Below the pieces are notes generated by a model. That model was not told the origin of the DNA. It made no database searches and saw nothing but the letters and a program-made list of their open reading frames with translations. A DNA stretch of 64,000 nt from the human T2T-CHM13v2.0 reference genome, Homo sapiens. Position numbers and translations under genes: made by a program. The DNA lies in the NCBI RefSeq assembly GCF_009914755.1, contig NC_060927.1; one strand, written 5' to 3'. Shown piece after piece: positions 30,501 through 43,242 of the stretch. Within the stretch, counting starts at the first letter, position 1; the number at the start of each line of letters is the position of its first letter.

Positions 30501-33123
30501 CTTTATTTATGTCATAAAGCGCTGACTTCAAGAGCTTGATAATTTGATTAGGACCTTTGGTGAAAAGTTGTTTCAAGTGGCCCAAGTGCTATAAATGACT
30601 CTCTTTTCTGCACTTTCCCGTTAGGTTTTAATTTAAAAGCACCTCCGCATTAGGGGGAGGAGAGATGCCTTTGGCAGAGGTAGCAGTTGGAGACTAATTT
30701 GTTAGGGCAGCCAGTGTTGAAATCATCCTTTTCAGTTAAATCTCTCTAGTGGAAATGATGCCGAGTGCTTTGTGGCAAGGACTTTTTCTTTCTCAGTGTT
30801 TTCCAGTGCCATTTGTAACCCACCTAAGCATGCTCTGGAGTTGCCTCCCAGCCCCAATTTTGGCTAATTGTCCTTTGAGGCACTGCATGTCAGAGGTCAG
30901 TTCTGAATTCCCCAACTTGAGATTTGAATGTTCCAGGGACAGTCCCACCGACTTGCTTCCTTTTAAGCAATTAGACTACACTCAGCTCTCTCTGGAATAG
31001 TTTCATCAAGTGCCTGGGGAACATAAAGAAATTGGATCAAAGATAAAGCAGATTTAGGAATAAAAAGGACCTGGGACTACAAAGAGTGGATGGAGTAGGA
31101 CCATGTTTGCTTGTCAGGCCATATGTGAGTGCTTTTAAGAAGAATAAGAAAATTTAGAGGGAAAAGTTGACAACAATGAAAGTAGTGAGGAAATATTAAA
31201 TGCTCGATGTTCATGTGTAGTCCATGGTGTGATTTTCAATGGTATGCCAAATATTTTTTAATATTCGTGAGAAAAAATATATACATATATATATAAAAAA
31301 CTCCTACATCAAATACAAAGTCATTCTTTCAGAGATATTATTGCTTAGGATAATGCTAAATTAGTCCCTAGTCAGCCACTGAATTTTAAAAAATATATTA
31401 AGTAAATAATGGTCTAGATATTGTGCAGATTTGGAAAAGGATCCAAAATATGGTTTAGTTGTGAATAACAAAAGTTTAGGGAAAACACTAGTCTGGAGCA
31501 AAGTAGATGTGTAAGAAAAAAGTGCTGAGTTTTTTTTGTTTTTGTTTTTGTTTTTGTTTTATGCAGTCTTTATTTCTAGTTTGCCTCAGGTCCTGCTCTT
31601 GGATGTTTTCTTAAGGAGTTATAATCCTTGTGAAAGACACATGATGCCAATTGACACCTCACGAGTTGTGTTTGGTGGCCTGGAAATGGATTATGACAGT
31701 TTGGATTAATTGGGAGCTGTATAATAGCAAGCTGCAGTTATTTTTCAACCTGGACATAAAAATAAACAATAAATAATTTTGTGAAGGGACAGCTTAATGA
31801 ATGACCTGAAGTTTTTAAACTGAGCTTTTGATACATGCGTTGTTACTTACTGTGACTGGCCAAAGACTGTGTGCATGTTTACCTATGTTTTACATTTTAT
31901 AGCCATGTATAACCTTCATTATTGAAAGTCCTTGCTTTAAATGGGCGTCATTATGGGATGTTTGTGGAATGGAGCTGTCAGAAGGCATGAAGTCATGCAT
32001 TCCTTGAAGCATGCATTGGTATTTCTCATAAGGCCCATCCATGCAGAGTGCACACTCTGTTTAACCTTAACTGAGTCTATCTGAAAGTGTGAGTGAGTTT
32101 CATTTAAAGAAAAATATGTGGGTTTTACTTAGAAAATCTGCCCAAAATTTCCACCTTTGGATCTGTAAACTGAATTTGAGACTTGATCTTCATTTTATTC
32201 TACTTGCAGTTCTTCCTGAGTGTCTTCTGAGTTCTGTGAGGAAAATGAGCCAGCCTTTTATTTGTAAAATAACTTTAGCTTGAATGAATGTTCTTTTTGT
32301 TTGGTGTGAATTTGCTGATTTTTAAATGAATTCTTAAAGTTGCTCCCCTGAGCTCCTATCTTAGAAGAGGTTGATATCTTCCTGAAATGGCACGTAAAAA
32401 TATGTATACTAAATCCTTATCACACTGGAGAAGATAACTTACAGTAAAGAGGGTTTGATTTGTTCTTAAGTGATTTCTACCTCCTTTAGAAGTCAGGAGG
32501 TGTTATTTGTGAGTACTTTTCTGTCTAAATAAACAAGCCTGTAGCTGGTATCAGCCAAGCTAACAGGGGGCCTCTGTCTTATGTGCTGATGTGTTCCCAG
32601 TACTTGGTCCACAGTAGGCTCTGTGCTGCAGGCTTTGCAACTCTTGATCGTTTAATCCACAGCAGCCCTGCAAAGTAGGCTTGGCAACTGAAGACGCTGC
32701 CAACGAGGATGGAGTGAGCTGGTTGCCCAGGGTCACCCAATTAGTAACTGGCAGAGCAAGGATATGAACCCACATATCCCTGACTCTAAAGTTCTTGCCC
32801 TTTTCAGGTAATCTTTTAAAAAGTGTTTTTATTTGATTTGGATTCTATTCAGGCTGATTACTCAACCCATACATATCAAGACTGTGCCCAGCAGTCCTGA
32901 GCCTCTGCTGGGAAGGTGACCATAAACAACCTGAGAGTGACTCGAAGCATGCATATTGTGTTGTGTATTGGTTGGTGGGTCCAGCCTTACCCTATTGAGC
33001 AGGTGTTTGCTGATGGTCTTTTGTAGAGCATCCTCACCTGGAAACTGTGTAAGTTGATTCTTTTTAGCCAAGCTATAAAGACAGCCCCAATTGGCACATT
33101 CTGTCACAGTTCACTCTTCAAAC

Positions 33124-33737
33124 TGATGCAGGATTTTTCTTCTTGGTCACTCTGCAAACCAGGGATGCCCGGCCAGTGATACGCCCTGCTTGGGCCTCCC
33201 TCGGCCACGCTGGGTGTGCCGCAGCTTGCCTGTGTTAAGGTTGTACCTGCGTTTGGCAGTTCCTGAGCTCTTGAATTGCACCCAAGAAGAATGAGGATAC
33301 GTGGAACATTGGAGGGTGAGAAGAGTGGAGAAGAATTTTATTGAGCAATGAAAACGGCTTTCAAGCAGAGAGAGGATTCAGGGAGAGGGGAATAATTCCC
33401 CCATGTGGCTGGTTCTGGGGCCCTTTATGGACTCAGAATGGGGAGTGCCTGCTGATTGGTTTGTGAGTATGCAAAAAAGTTTAAAGGGAAGGCACAACTC
33501 AAAGGTGGGCATGACAGTGTAGAAAAACCAATTTGGAAAGGGTAAGTATATATAAAAATAGGTGAAGGGTGGGGACCAGTTAGAGGAAAGCATCCCAAAT
33601 GGGAAGACAAATTCTTAATCCAGTCCTAGGATTTAACCTGTAGCTTGGTTTTCAGGCTTTAAACTGTCTTCGACTTGGAGGTGGGGTTTCGTCGGAGACC
33701 CTCCCCTGTCTTTCTAGGCATTTGTCTGCCTCTATCA
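33124..33737 (-). mobile_element. Solo ERV1 LTR (LTR9-family-like), antisense to ATXN7
   Basis: TG...CA termini, 4-bp TSD AAAC on both sides, 614 bp; CCAAT, TATA-like and AATAAA in order on the minus strand. Confidence 0.85.
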
Positions 33738-34094
33738 AAACCATCTTGGATGCTTTAAGACCCTCCAAGCAGGGAATTGCTACACTGGCTGACACACCCA
33801 TAGCTGATTTTTAGCTTAGCAACTTCCAAAATGGAAAGATGAAATCGAAAACAATCTGGATTTCCCTTAAACATATTCTGGATCCCACCCTGAATATACC
33901 AAAAAACTGTCATCGATGACAAATGTTCAGCCTATGCAGACTTGTACACTAACAACCTGATTTTGCCCAGCACTTAGGGAAGATGGGCTTCTTACTGATT
34001 TATGCCCCAGCCCTCACCTTTATCCCTGCCCCTCCATCATGTATTATGACTTGCTAATAATGCCATTTCAGAGCAGGCAAGTTGCCTTGTGCTT

Positions 34095-34330
34095 TCACCC
34101 AGGTGCTGGAGTCAGCCTGCCTGGGATTGCACCCATCTTTGCCTCTTAAGTAACCATGTGATGTTGGACAACTGACTTGAGTCCTTTAAAAGCCTTGGCT
34201 TCCTCATCTGGAAAGTGAGGTTAATAATAGTATCTACTTTGTTAGAAAGATGGTCAGGATTGAATGAGATAATCCATGTAAATCCCGTAGCATGGTGCCT
34301 GGCATGTGGTTTCTACACAGTACACAGTAG
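34095..34330 (+). mobile_element. MIR SINE
   Basis: gctggagtcagcctgcctggg...cttcctcatctggaaagtgaggttaataatagtatctac...gagataatccatgtaaa. Confidence 0.75.
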
Positions 34331-34450
34331 CAGCTGTTGTTGATGTTGTTGTTCTTGAAGGTGAGATTTCTCATCAGCCAGTTGTTTGGATTATAAAAGA
34401 TTAGTAAAATGTTTAATAAGATATAAGAAAAGAGCCCTGAATAAAGGGTA

Positions 34451-34801
34451 TGGGAAGGGTTGCAGCTTGTGAGTTACCATGAGATGGTGGAAGGAGGTTA
34501 TCTGAAATTGAATGAAAAATTGTAGCATCAGATGTGTTTGGGTGTGGTTAATAATACACGTGGTGGTGAACTGAGGTAGATGGTAGAAGTTTGAGGGTGT
34601 ACATTTTGAATCTTCCCACATGGCTCATTTCAGCCAGTTACAGTTTTCTGTGTTCACCTAGTATTTCTTACAGACAAAAATCATGAAAAAGTAAATGCAA
34701 AATTTCAACATGTTCGAATTGTTTCTTAGTATATCGGTGGCTTTGGAATGCATTTTCATTCTCAAAACAAGCTTTATAGCAGAACTGAAGATATTTAATT
34801 C
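34451..34801 (+). mobile_element. Partial MER82-like copy (right half only)
   Basis: Closely similar to 36583-36929; ends tatagcagaactga. Confidence 0.8.
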
Positions 34802-36312
34802 AGGTTCTGTGGGGGTTTCTTAGTAGTTAGCCACTTGCATGATACCCGTTGAGAATGGGACAAATTGATACTATGCTCAGGAATGATAGTATGCCTTGCT
34901 TTATTTTGGCATGTGTAAAATTGAAACCAGAACACCAAATTTTTCTTCTTTAGAAGTATGTATTTGATAACCAAGTAAACTGTATTCATTATAGAAAAAC
35001 AATACACAAATGTTTTAAAAAATAGAGCCATAATCCTGGGAATAACCACTTTTTAAAAAGCTTGACATATATCCTTCTAGATTATTTTCGAGTATGAATG
35101 TTAGCATTTGGAGTTACATTTTGTTTTGACTGCTTTTTAGATTTGTGCCCTAATTTTGACAGTTGCTCACTGTAAATTATTTTTAGTTGTTTTCAAAGCA
35201 ATATTTATGATATAAAAAGATCTAATTATTTGCTTTGAACTCCTTTTTGGTGTGTACCTGGATGTTAATACTTATAACTTTAAAAAAATCTCAGCGTGAA
35301 TTCAGAATTATAAGCTTAGTATTGGTTGCATTCTATTTTGGAAGACCTATAGAGAGCTGTCCACCCTCCTACACCACTACTAATATCCTGTCCTTGCCAT
35401 GTGACGTACTGAAGCCACAAGGGGAAAGAGCCCCATGAAGCTCTGTCTCCCTCTCTTCTCCCCAGCACAACACACACATACACACTTAGGCATGTTTGTC
35501 TTTCTTTGTCTCTGCTCTTTTCTTGTGTCTGTACTTGTCTGTCAGTCGGCCTGTCTCTCCCTTACTGGAGCCATTCATCATGCCCTCCTCATTCAGGGAC
35601 AGAGTGTGCTTTCTCTGGGCTGGTGCCAGATCCTGGAGAGAGGAGCGCTTTGAAAACTCAACTTGGACTCCTCAGCAGACCACATTGCAGTTGTGCTCAG
35701 CATCTGGCCACCACTTTGTCCACTTAATATAGGGTCCCTAACCCCACCTATAATTTGCCCACTTCTCTTCTGATCTGGGAGCAAACACTTTTTTAGAGCT
35801 AGATGCCCAGTTTAAAATCCTGTGAAAAATAAGAGCTCAGTGAAAGGATAAGGGGAGTCCAACTCAACTACAATAAATTTGGTTTTTCCTTCTTGCTTTC
35901 TTGTGGGGGGAAAGCCAGATGCTGTCCTTTTCACAGAGTAAGTTACCAGTCCGTGATAATTCAGTAGCATGACAAGAATTTGAGCTGGCACTTTTCAGCC
36001 AGAATCTCAGTTACTTACACACACTACACACACACAATCTGTTTCAAGTTTTAATGAATGAAAAATTCACATGATAGATTGTCATTCTTAGTTTTTAAAT
36101 AGTTTTTATTGTTATTGAAGTAGAAAATAGACTTTTTTGGGATATTATCGATACATCAGCAGACTTTTAACTTAAGAAGCTTTGAACCTTGATTTTTCTA
36201 GTGGAATTCCATATTAAGAGTTAATAGGCAAGAAAAGAAGATTTTAACCAAAGAAAACGGGGAGGATGGACAGTGATGGGAATGGAAAATTGAAAGGACA
36301 AGCTTAAAGTTA

Positions 36313-36919
36313 CAGTCAGTTCTGCTATAGCACAACATGCATTCCTAAAAAATTACTGCACAATGCAAAATTACGCAACAAAAACCACATGAGGCTTATT
36401 GGGAAAACAGGGTTATGGCACAACACTCAAAGACCTCATCAGTGACACACACAGAAAAACATAGGAACCTAATGAAAAGGGTAGCACAGTCTTACAAATG
36501 TTAAATGGTAAAAAAATACATAAATACTAGAATAAACATGGCAGTTACCTTGAAAAGACCTGGCATTTGCTTGTGGAAGGCGTGGGAAGGGTTGCAGCTT
36601 GACTGTGAAGTCATGGAAGGAGGTTATCTGAAATTGGATGAAAAACTGTAGCATCAGCTGTGTTTGGGTGTGGTTAATAACACCCATGGTGGTGAACTGA
36701 GGTAGATGGTGGAAGTTTGAGGGGTTGTGCATTTTGTGTTTTCCTACGTGGCTCATTTCAGCCAGGTATAGTTTTCTGTGTTCACCTGGTATTTCTTACA
36801 GACAAAAATCATGAAAAAGCGAATGCAAAATTTCAGTATGTTCAAATTGTTTCTTAGTATATCGGTGGCTTTGGAATGCATTTGCATTCTCAAAACAAGC
36901 TTCATAGCAGAACTGAGGG
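36313..36919 (+). mobile_element. Full-length MER82-like Tigger-derived DNA transposon
   Basis: TA|cagtcagttctgctata...atagcagaactgaggg|TA; TIRs and TA duplication. Confidence 0.85.
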
Positions 36920-37707
36920 TATTTAATTCGATTGAGAATTTTATCTAATCATTTGATCTTCAAAGAAAATACATCACACATTTGCTCTGAGACACCTGCT
37001 TGAGAATTCTGATACCTAGAGTGTACTTCTTAAAAGTCAGAGTTCTAGTTGAGGGTTTTCTCTGTCTTCTTCATATCACAGACATGCTGTTCCTTTAGTG
37101 CACTGTTTCAGGGGGTACACAAGGTGATTTTTGTAGATAAACACGGATGAATATTTTAATGTTCAGTTTATATAATAAGCTTATTGAACTTACTGTTTCA
37201 CAGATACTATTGTTTTGGAAAAAAATCTATCTCAGCTGAGGGTAGAGGTGCCCTGCTTCACTCTGGGGCCCATCTGGAAATGGATTAGGGGGTGGTTTCA
37301 GGTTGTCTTTGGCAGACGGGCACTACTGGTGAAGAAGCAGTAGGAGAGTAGGAATGCTAACCATCCTGAAATCCTGTATGAAGAATTGTCCTGTCTGAAA
37401 TACCAATGATGTCCCCATGAGAGACTGGCTAGTATTAGAGTAAGGAGGAGGAGATGATAGAATTGATAAAGTAAATTAAAATGTTGAGTTTTAAAAAAAT
37501 AGTATTTTATGTAGCTTTGGTAAGAACGATGAAAATAGTTTGCAGTTGATGAAAATTTGGAAAACACTAATTCAAGACAAGTAGTAGTGGTGAGCTTCAT
37601 TTGACAAACCCTTTAGTGCCTTGTAGCAGGCAGTATTCTCAGTGCCATGCACATGATAACTTACTCAGCTGTGGTTAATGGTTCTTGAGGCATTAGCCTG
37701 GTCTACT

Positions 37708-37883
37708 GTAGTGTCTCAACCGTGGCTGCACAGTAGAATCAGACAGGGAAACTTGTCAAAAATCTGGATGCCTAGTCCACACCCCAAACGAATTAACTCA
37801 GTCTCTGAGGGAGGGACCTATGCATCAGTGTTTTTAAAGCTCCTTACGTTATTCCAGTGGGTAGCCAAGGTTGACAGCCACTG
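37708..37883. mobile_element. MER5-type hAT fossil
   Basis: tctcaaccgtggctgcacagtagaatca...gccaaggttgacagccactg. Confidence 0.7.
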
Positions 37884-39524
37884 GTCTAGGGCCTTCCAAA
37901 ATCACTCCTTTTCACAAGAAAAGCTTTACTAGTCATGCAGAAGTTAATTGAAGACCTCTGTCCCATGCCTTACAGAGAAAGACAATGGAGACATGGCCCA
38001 CAGAAGCTGTATCGTCTAAGGCAGGTGACAAAACTGCAAACACATGTTTACAATCCTGGCTGACAAGTGCTGATGCTTAAAAGTATGTTCAGAGTGTTTG
38101 GGATCATAAAAGAGAGAAAAACTAAATTTAAAAACATCTTCAGATGCCAAATTTGGAAAACTGCCGAACTGAATTTATTTTAGTTTTTTATTCCTTATAC
38201 ACAGCTTTCATTTTGGGGTGAACAAAAAGCAAAAGGCACTTATAAATCACTATCAATTTAACCTTCCTAACTTGATTGTAGCCTTTGTGTAGTTGAGTTG
38301 GAGAATAGAAATTTGAATTTTGTCTGTAGATAGCTAGGATAATAATTTTGTCCTGATGTGGAACACACAGTTAAGTACTTTATAAGCCATCATTGAAGTA
38401 ATGCCCTTCCAGGAATAAGTCACCACAGTTTTACCAAGAAGCTCAGGACTGCTATAAGAAGATCTTTGGAAATAAACCATTGAAGTCTTACTTGTGGTCA
38501 TTGATCATCATGTGCTTAATGTTTTAAATACTTATATAGCTCCTGTATTGTGATAAGGCAGTGTTGGATCACATGCATTTTAAAACTTAGAGTTAAGCAA
38601 ATGTGTAATTTTAAATTAATTAATTAAAGGCAGCCACTAAGGTACTCAAGCGGATAAAGTTACCAAATGATTTACTTGTTTCTGATGGTAACATTCTTCA
38701 ACAGCTCTTGATTTATATTAGTATGGATTACCTTACTCTAAGAAAACCTGATTCTCCAGTGGATAGATTTATTTTCAGCTAAACCTTTGTAGTCTGTACT
38801 TAACCATGAATTACTTCCTGGTTTAAAAAACAGGCGTAGCTATTTGTGGTATTTTTGTCTTGCGCCTTTGGCATCTTAGCGGTGTGAACCGGAGCTATGC
38901 CATCTGTAGTCAAGTGAGATTATTAAAAAAGGGGGGGTGGGAAGTGAAATGATTCACTGGAAAATTTCAGCACAGATTCTTAGGGAACGATAAGATAACC
39001 CTAGAAACATTCTTATTTGGTGTCATCTGCTGGTGGGTAGTGACAGGGAAAAAAAAGAAGGTACAACTTGTTTCTTAAGATTTTGCTATTTTGAAAATCA
39101 GAGAGGTGCGGTGTTAGAAAGGAAGAAAGAATTGCTTGCAGTGTCATTTAGCAGAGCTCTGCAGATGAATGAATAATTTTCCTCTCTCTTAATGCAAGTT
39201 GGAGCCAATGAGGTTCATTTTTAGCACGCAAAACCCAAAAGGCAATATTCTCATGTTTACGATGGTTGTCTAATTTCCTGATGGGTGTATGTGATAAAAC
39301 TCTTTATGCTGAGATACTTCAGAAAGAGAAGGACCCGTTCCTAGAATGCTAAGTAAGTCTGTGGGGCCTAGATGAGCCATTTCTGAAGTCTGCTGAGTTT
39401 AACATACCTTCACTTAACGACACGTGTTTTAACCTGAATATATTGATTTCAGGGAATTCTTCCAGAATTACATTTGAGATTCGCCTAAAACATGATGTCT
39501 TTTTTTCTTTGCTTTCGTTTTCAG

Positions 39525-39777
39525 AAAGAAGACATAGCTCATCCAGCAAGCCGCCTTTGGCCGTTCCTCCCACTTCAGTATTTTCCTTCTTCCCTTCTCT
39601 GTCCAAAAGCAAAGGAGGCAGTGCAAGTGGAAGCAACCGTTCTTCCAGTGGAGGTGTTCTTAGCGCATCCTCATCAAGTTCCAAGTTGTTGAAATCACCC
39701 AAAGAGAAACTGCAGCTCAGGGGGAACACCAGGCCAATGCATCCCATTCAGCAAAGTAGAGTTCCCCATGGTAGAAT
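39525..39777 (+). CDS. ATXN7: Ataxin-7 coding exon (~aa167-251), Ser-rich
   Basis: ttcgttttcag|AA AGA AGA CAT ... GGT AGA AT|gtgagt; ERRHSSSSKPPLAVPP...VPHGR; within ORF 39443..39781. Confidence 0.97.
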
Positions 39778-41795
39778 GTGAGTATGGCCAAGAGGGTTTT
39801 TAAAGCTTACCTGCTGGAAATGAAACTGTGTACACTAGTGGCATGTGAGAGTGCCTGTGAGTAATATAAAAGAGAGTCTACTTGGGGAAGAATTCAAATG
39901 TATGTTGTATTGTTTCTTGATGTTTCCCTGTCATGTCATAGGAAACTTTTCAGAGTAGTAATAGCAGTGATAATAAGGTTACTAACATTTATTGATCCAT
40001 TCTTGTGTGCTAGCTACTGAAACCTAACTCTATGTGTGTACTATGTCACTTATCACAACAACCCTATGGAATAGGTACTGTTACTATCCTCGTTTTCCAG
40101 ATGAGGAGAAGGAAGCTTCGTGAGGTGGGGGAGTTTTGTCCAAAAAGGCCTCAAGTCACATAGGCCTGGATTTGTGTCCCATTTCTGTCACTTCTTAGCT
40201 GTAGGGGTTTGGGCAAGGCACTGTTTCTGTCTAAGAATAACAGCCACTATGCTGGGTTATTGAGAATATTTTAGTTAATATATGTCTAGCACCTGGCATA
40301 GTGTCTGGCCATAGGGGACGGTTAACAAATGGATACTGGCACTCCTGCTACTGCTGCTGTGGATAATAGTAATGATAAAAAGATGCAGAGATTCCCAGAT
40401 GCTGCTGTAGAATTTTTGGGGGTCTACGGAGCAAATAGGGAAGCAGTGCTTCCTCCCTTCAGCCTTAGGTTCACATCACAGCAGTGATGAGGGAAGACTG
40501 AAGGAAGTTCACACCTGCCAGGCATGGCTTTGGCAAGTTTCCATGGTCACTCAGTAGATTGACAGGTTTCTTGAGGTCACGTGAGGGAGCAGCCACGCAC
40601 TCCAATAGGAACATGCTTCGCCTTGTCATGGCATCCCTCAGCCTGGTGACGGATGGCTTTTCTTGGGCCAGCCTGCTTTTGGAGGGTATAGCACACATCG
40701 TAGGTCCAAGATCCGGTAACCTGGTTAATCTCAGGGTAGGGTCCAGCACCTGCTGCTGCATAAGGACCTTGCCAGCTGGGAGAGGATGTGACATCTTGCA
40801 GTCTCTCTACTGCTGTCAGGCTATTCCAGGTACAGTTGTTTGGGGCTGTTTGTCCTGGTTGCTAAGCCCCCAGCCCCTGTTCTTCTGTCAGAAGTACAGT
40901 ACAGCAAGCTTGGTTTTTGTTCCGGGAGCAGTCTGAAAGCCACAAACGGTGCCAGTGTAGTGTGTAAGTCACTGGCCAGCTTAACAGCTGTTAGAGCACT
41001 GACTCCACTGAACAAAGTTTATACAACCTCATTGATTCAAATCTTCTTTACTTAGAGCTAGGCCTTTAGATAGGAACCAGGCCAGTTGTTAGCTTCCTAC
41101 CAGTATTTTCAGTTTTACCAAGCAAAATGATAGTGTCAGTAAGATTCCAAGATTCATATCTTTGTTAATGGCACAGGTATTCCCTAAGCTCCTGTCATAG
41201 AAACATTTTTCAAGGACTGGAGAATTACCACTTTAGTGACACAACATATATTTATTAAACACTAGTCTCCCTTATTGACAGAAGCAAAGAACCTCTTCTT
41301 GGAGATATGTTATTTAGCATGTTTGAGTTCTCATAAGTCTTTAGTGACATTTATTGGAAATATTTGCTCACTCAGAAGTTTACTTTGTTTTGATGAATCC
41401 TTTCGTACAAATGGCAGTCCTCAAAAGATATTCTCCAAGGGTTCTGCAAATAGTCTTTGTTTCTTTTAGACCTTCTCATGTTTTGCTTCTTATAGAAATT
41501 GCATTGCATTGGGTATCAGGTCTGAGTTTCCCATTGCCTCATGTGTAAAATTTTTTGAAATGATGAAAGACCAGGCAAATTTGATGGTCCACTGAGGGTT
41601 TTGCCTCACCAGAAGGGCTTATAGACTTAATCAGTATGAACCTTACTAACAAAACTCATAAGGAGCCTTCCAAGAGGCTGGCCCTGTGCAGCGCTTGGGT
41701 AGGCCCAGGCTCTATCCTCATCCCTCTGGCTCACCATTCACCTGGGGGCTGCTGAGGCACTCAGGCACTGGTTTTCTCACTTCCTCCTGTGACAG

Positions 41796-42055
41796 CATGA
41801 CACCCTCTGTGAAAGTGGAAAAGATTCATCCGAAAATGGATGGCACACTACTGAAATCTGCGGTGGGGCCAACCTGTCCTGCTACTGTGAGTTCCTTAGT
41901 CAAGCCTGGCCTTAACTGCCCCTCAATACCAAAGCCAACCTTGCCTTCACCTGGACAGATTCTGAATGGCAAAGGGCTTCCTGCACCGCCCACTCTGGAA
42001 AAGAAACCTGAAGACAATTCCAATAATAGGAAATTTTTAAATAAGAGATTATCAG
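41796..42055 (+). CDS. ATXN7: Ataxin-7 coding exon (~aa251-338); VKVE SUMO-consensus (K257) and D266 caspase site
   Basis: cctgtgacag|C ATG ACA CCC ... TTA TCA G|gtaact; MTPSVKVEKIHPKMDG...NKRLS; 260 nt; phases fit both neighbours. Confidence 0.97.
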
Positions 42056-42231
42056 GTAACTTCAAATTTTCTTTCTTCATAATGCTTCTCTATATATTAA
42101 ATGGGCATTCGTGGGGAGCAAATCAACTGCAATCTAGAATTCCTATTTTTAAAACTGGTCAACTTCAGCTTTAGGAGGAAGTTCCTTAGTTAATATGTTT
42201 GTTCTTTTCACTCTTGGGTTTTAAAGAGCAT

Positions 42232-42233
<2 letters not shown>

Positions 42234-42273
<40 letters not shown>
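42234..42273. repeat. (GT)20 microsatellite
   Basis: Direct reading; lies in the 497-nt intron 42056-42552. Confidence 0.95.
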
Positions 42274-42274
<1 letters not shown>

Positions 42275-42552
42275 ATGTAAAAGTAGCTTTCTAGTGGTGT
42301 ATTTCTGAAGGAAGTAATACAGACTTAAACAATATCTTTTCTACCATCTGATGGCAGTAGTCACCCCCTGTCTTAGTGATGTTGCTGCTTTGTTGCAGCA
42401 CTCACACGTTGTATATTTTTTATTTTATTGATAATGTGGCTTTTATTCCAGCTATAATTTATCTAACTGTTGATTTCTTCTATTTTCTTGCTTAAAAAAT
42501 ACATGGAGGAGAGTTTGTCAGGCCACATGTAATGCCTGTGTTCTTTTGACAG

Positions 42553-42635
42553 AAAGAGAGTTTGATCCTGACATCCACTGTGGGGTTATTGATCTCGACA
42601 CCAAGAAGCCCTGCACCCGGTCTTTGACATGCAAG
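42553..42635 (+). CDS. ATXN7: Ataxin-7 coding exon (~aa338-365), core of the SCA7 zinc-binding domain
   Basis: ttttgacag|AA AGA GAG TTT ... TGC AAG|gtaggt; EREFDPDIHCGVIDLDTKKPCTRSLTCK (C-x10-C-x5-C). Confidence 0.97.
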
Positions 42636-43118
42636 GTAGGTGGACTCCTGAAAGTCAAGTCGACCATCCTGATAAACATGGGTGACTGGGATGTACCACA
42701 CTACTCCCACAGTCTCTCTAACCCAGAGAAGATGCTCTGTGGATTGTTGTGAATTGTGTAGGTGAAGGAATAACTTGGTTCTGTTGAAGAAAGCCTCAGA
42801 TTGACAAAATGTGAAGTGCGTTGTTATAAATTATAATCTTGACAGAGGTTTTGTTTCTAATGAGCAGTGTTGTATCCACAGGAATAGTGTTCTCTCCCAG
42901 TCTGTTATTTTTAAAAACTTTTAATATTTCCATATAGGCTACCCTTGACTGTGCTTTAAATTATACTGGCTTAAAGCAAGTGCAGAAATTTCCCTTGCGT
43001 GTGTATGAACATTTAAAAAATGTGTCACCCATGGTCTTAAATTTTAAAGAACCACTTTTTAAAAAATCTGTGATTTTGAAATATCCCTGTTTTCTAGTTT
43101 AAAAAAAAAATACTGCAA

Positions 43119-43242
43119 GCCAGGCATGCCTGTAAGTCCCAGCTAGTGGGGAGGCTGAGGCAGAAGGATTGCTTGAGCCTAGGAGTTTGAGTCCAGCCTG
43201 GAGAACATTACGAGACCCATCTCTTTTAAGAGAAAAAAAAAA
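43119..43242 (+). mobile_element. Alu monomer (FLAM-like)
   Basis: gccaggcatgcctgtaagtcccagcta...gagtttgagtccagcctgg...A-tail. Confidence 0.8.

Noticed and set aside
38833-38901. tRNA-like words GGCGTAGCT and GGTGTGAACC
   Set aside because: No cloverleaf can be built and the B-box match is poor; kept only as a weak hairpin.
40559-40936. 125-aa plus-strand intronic ORF
   Set aside because: Non-ATG start, no homology recognised, no convincing splice sites.
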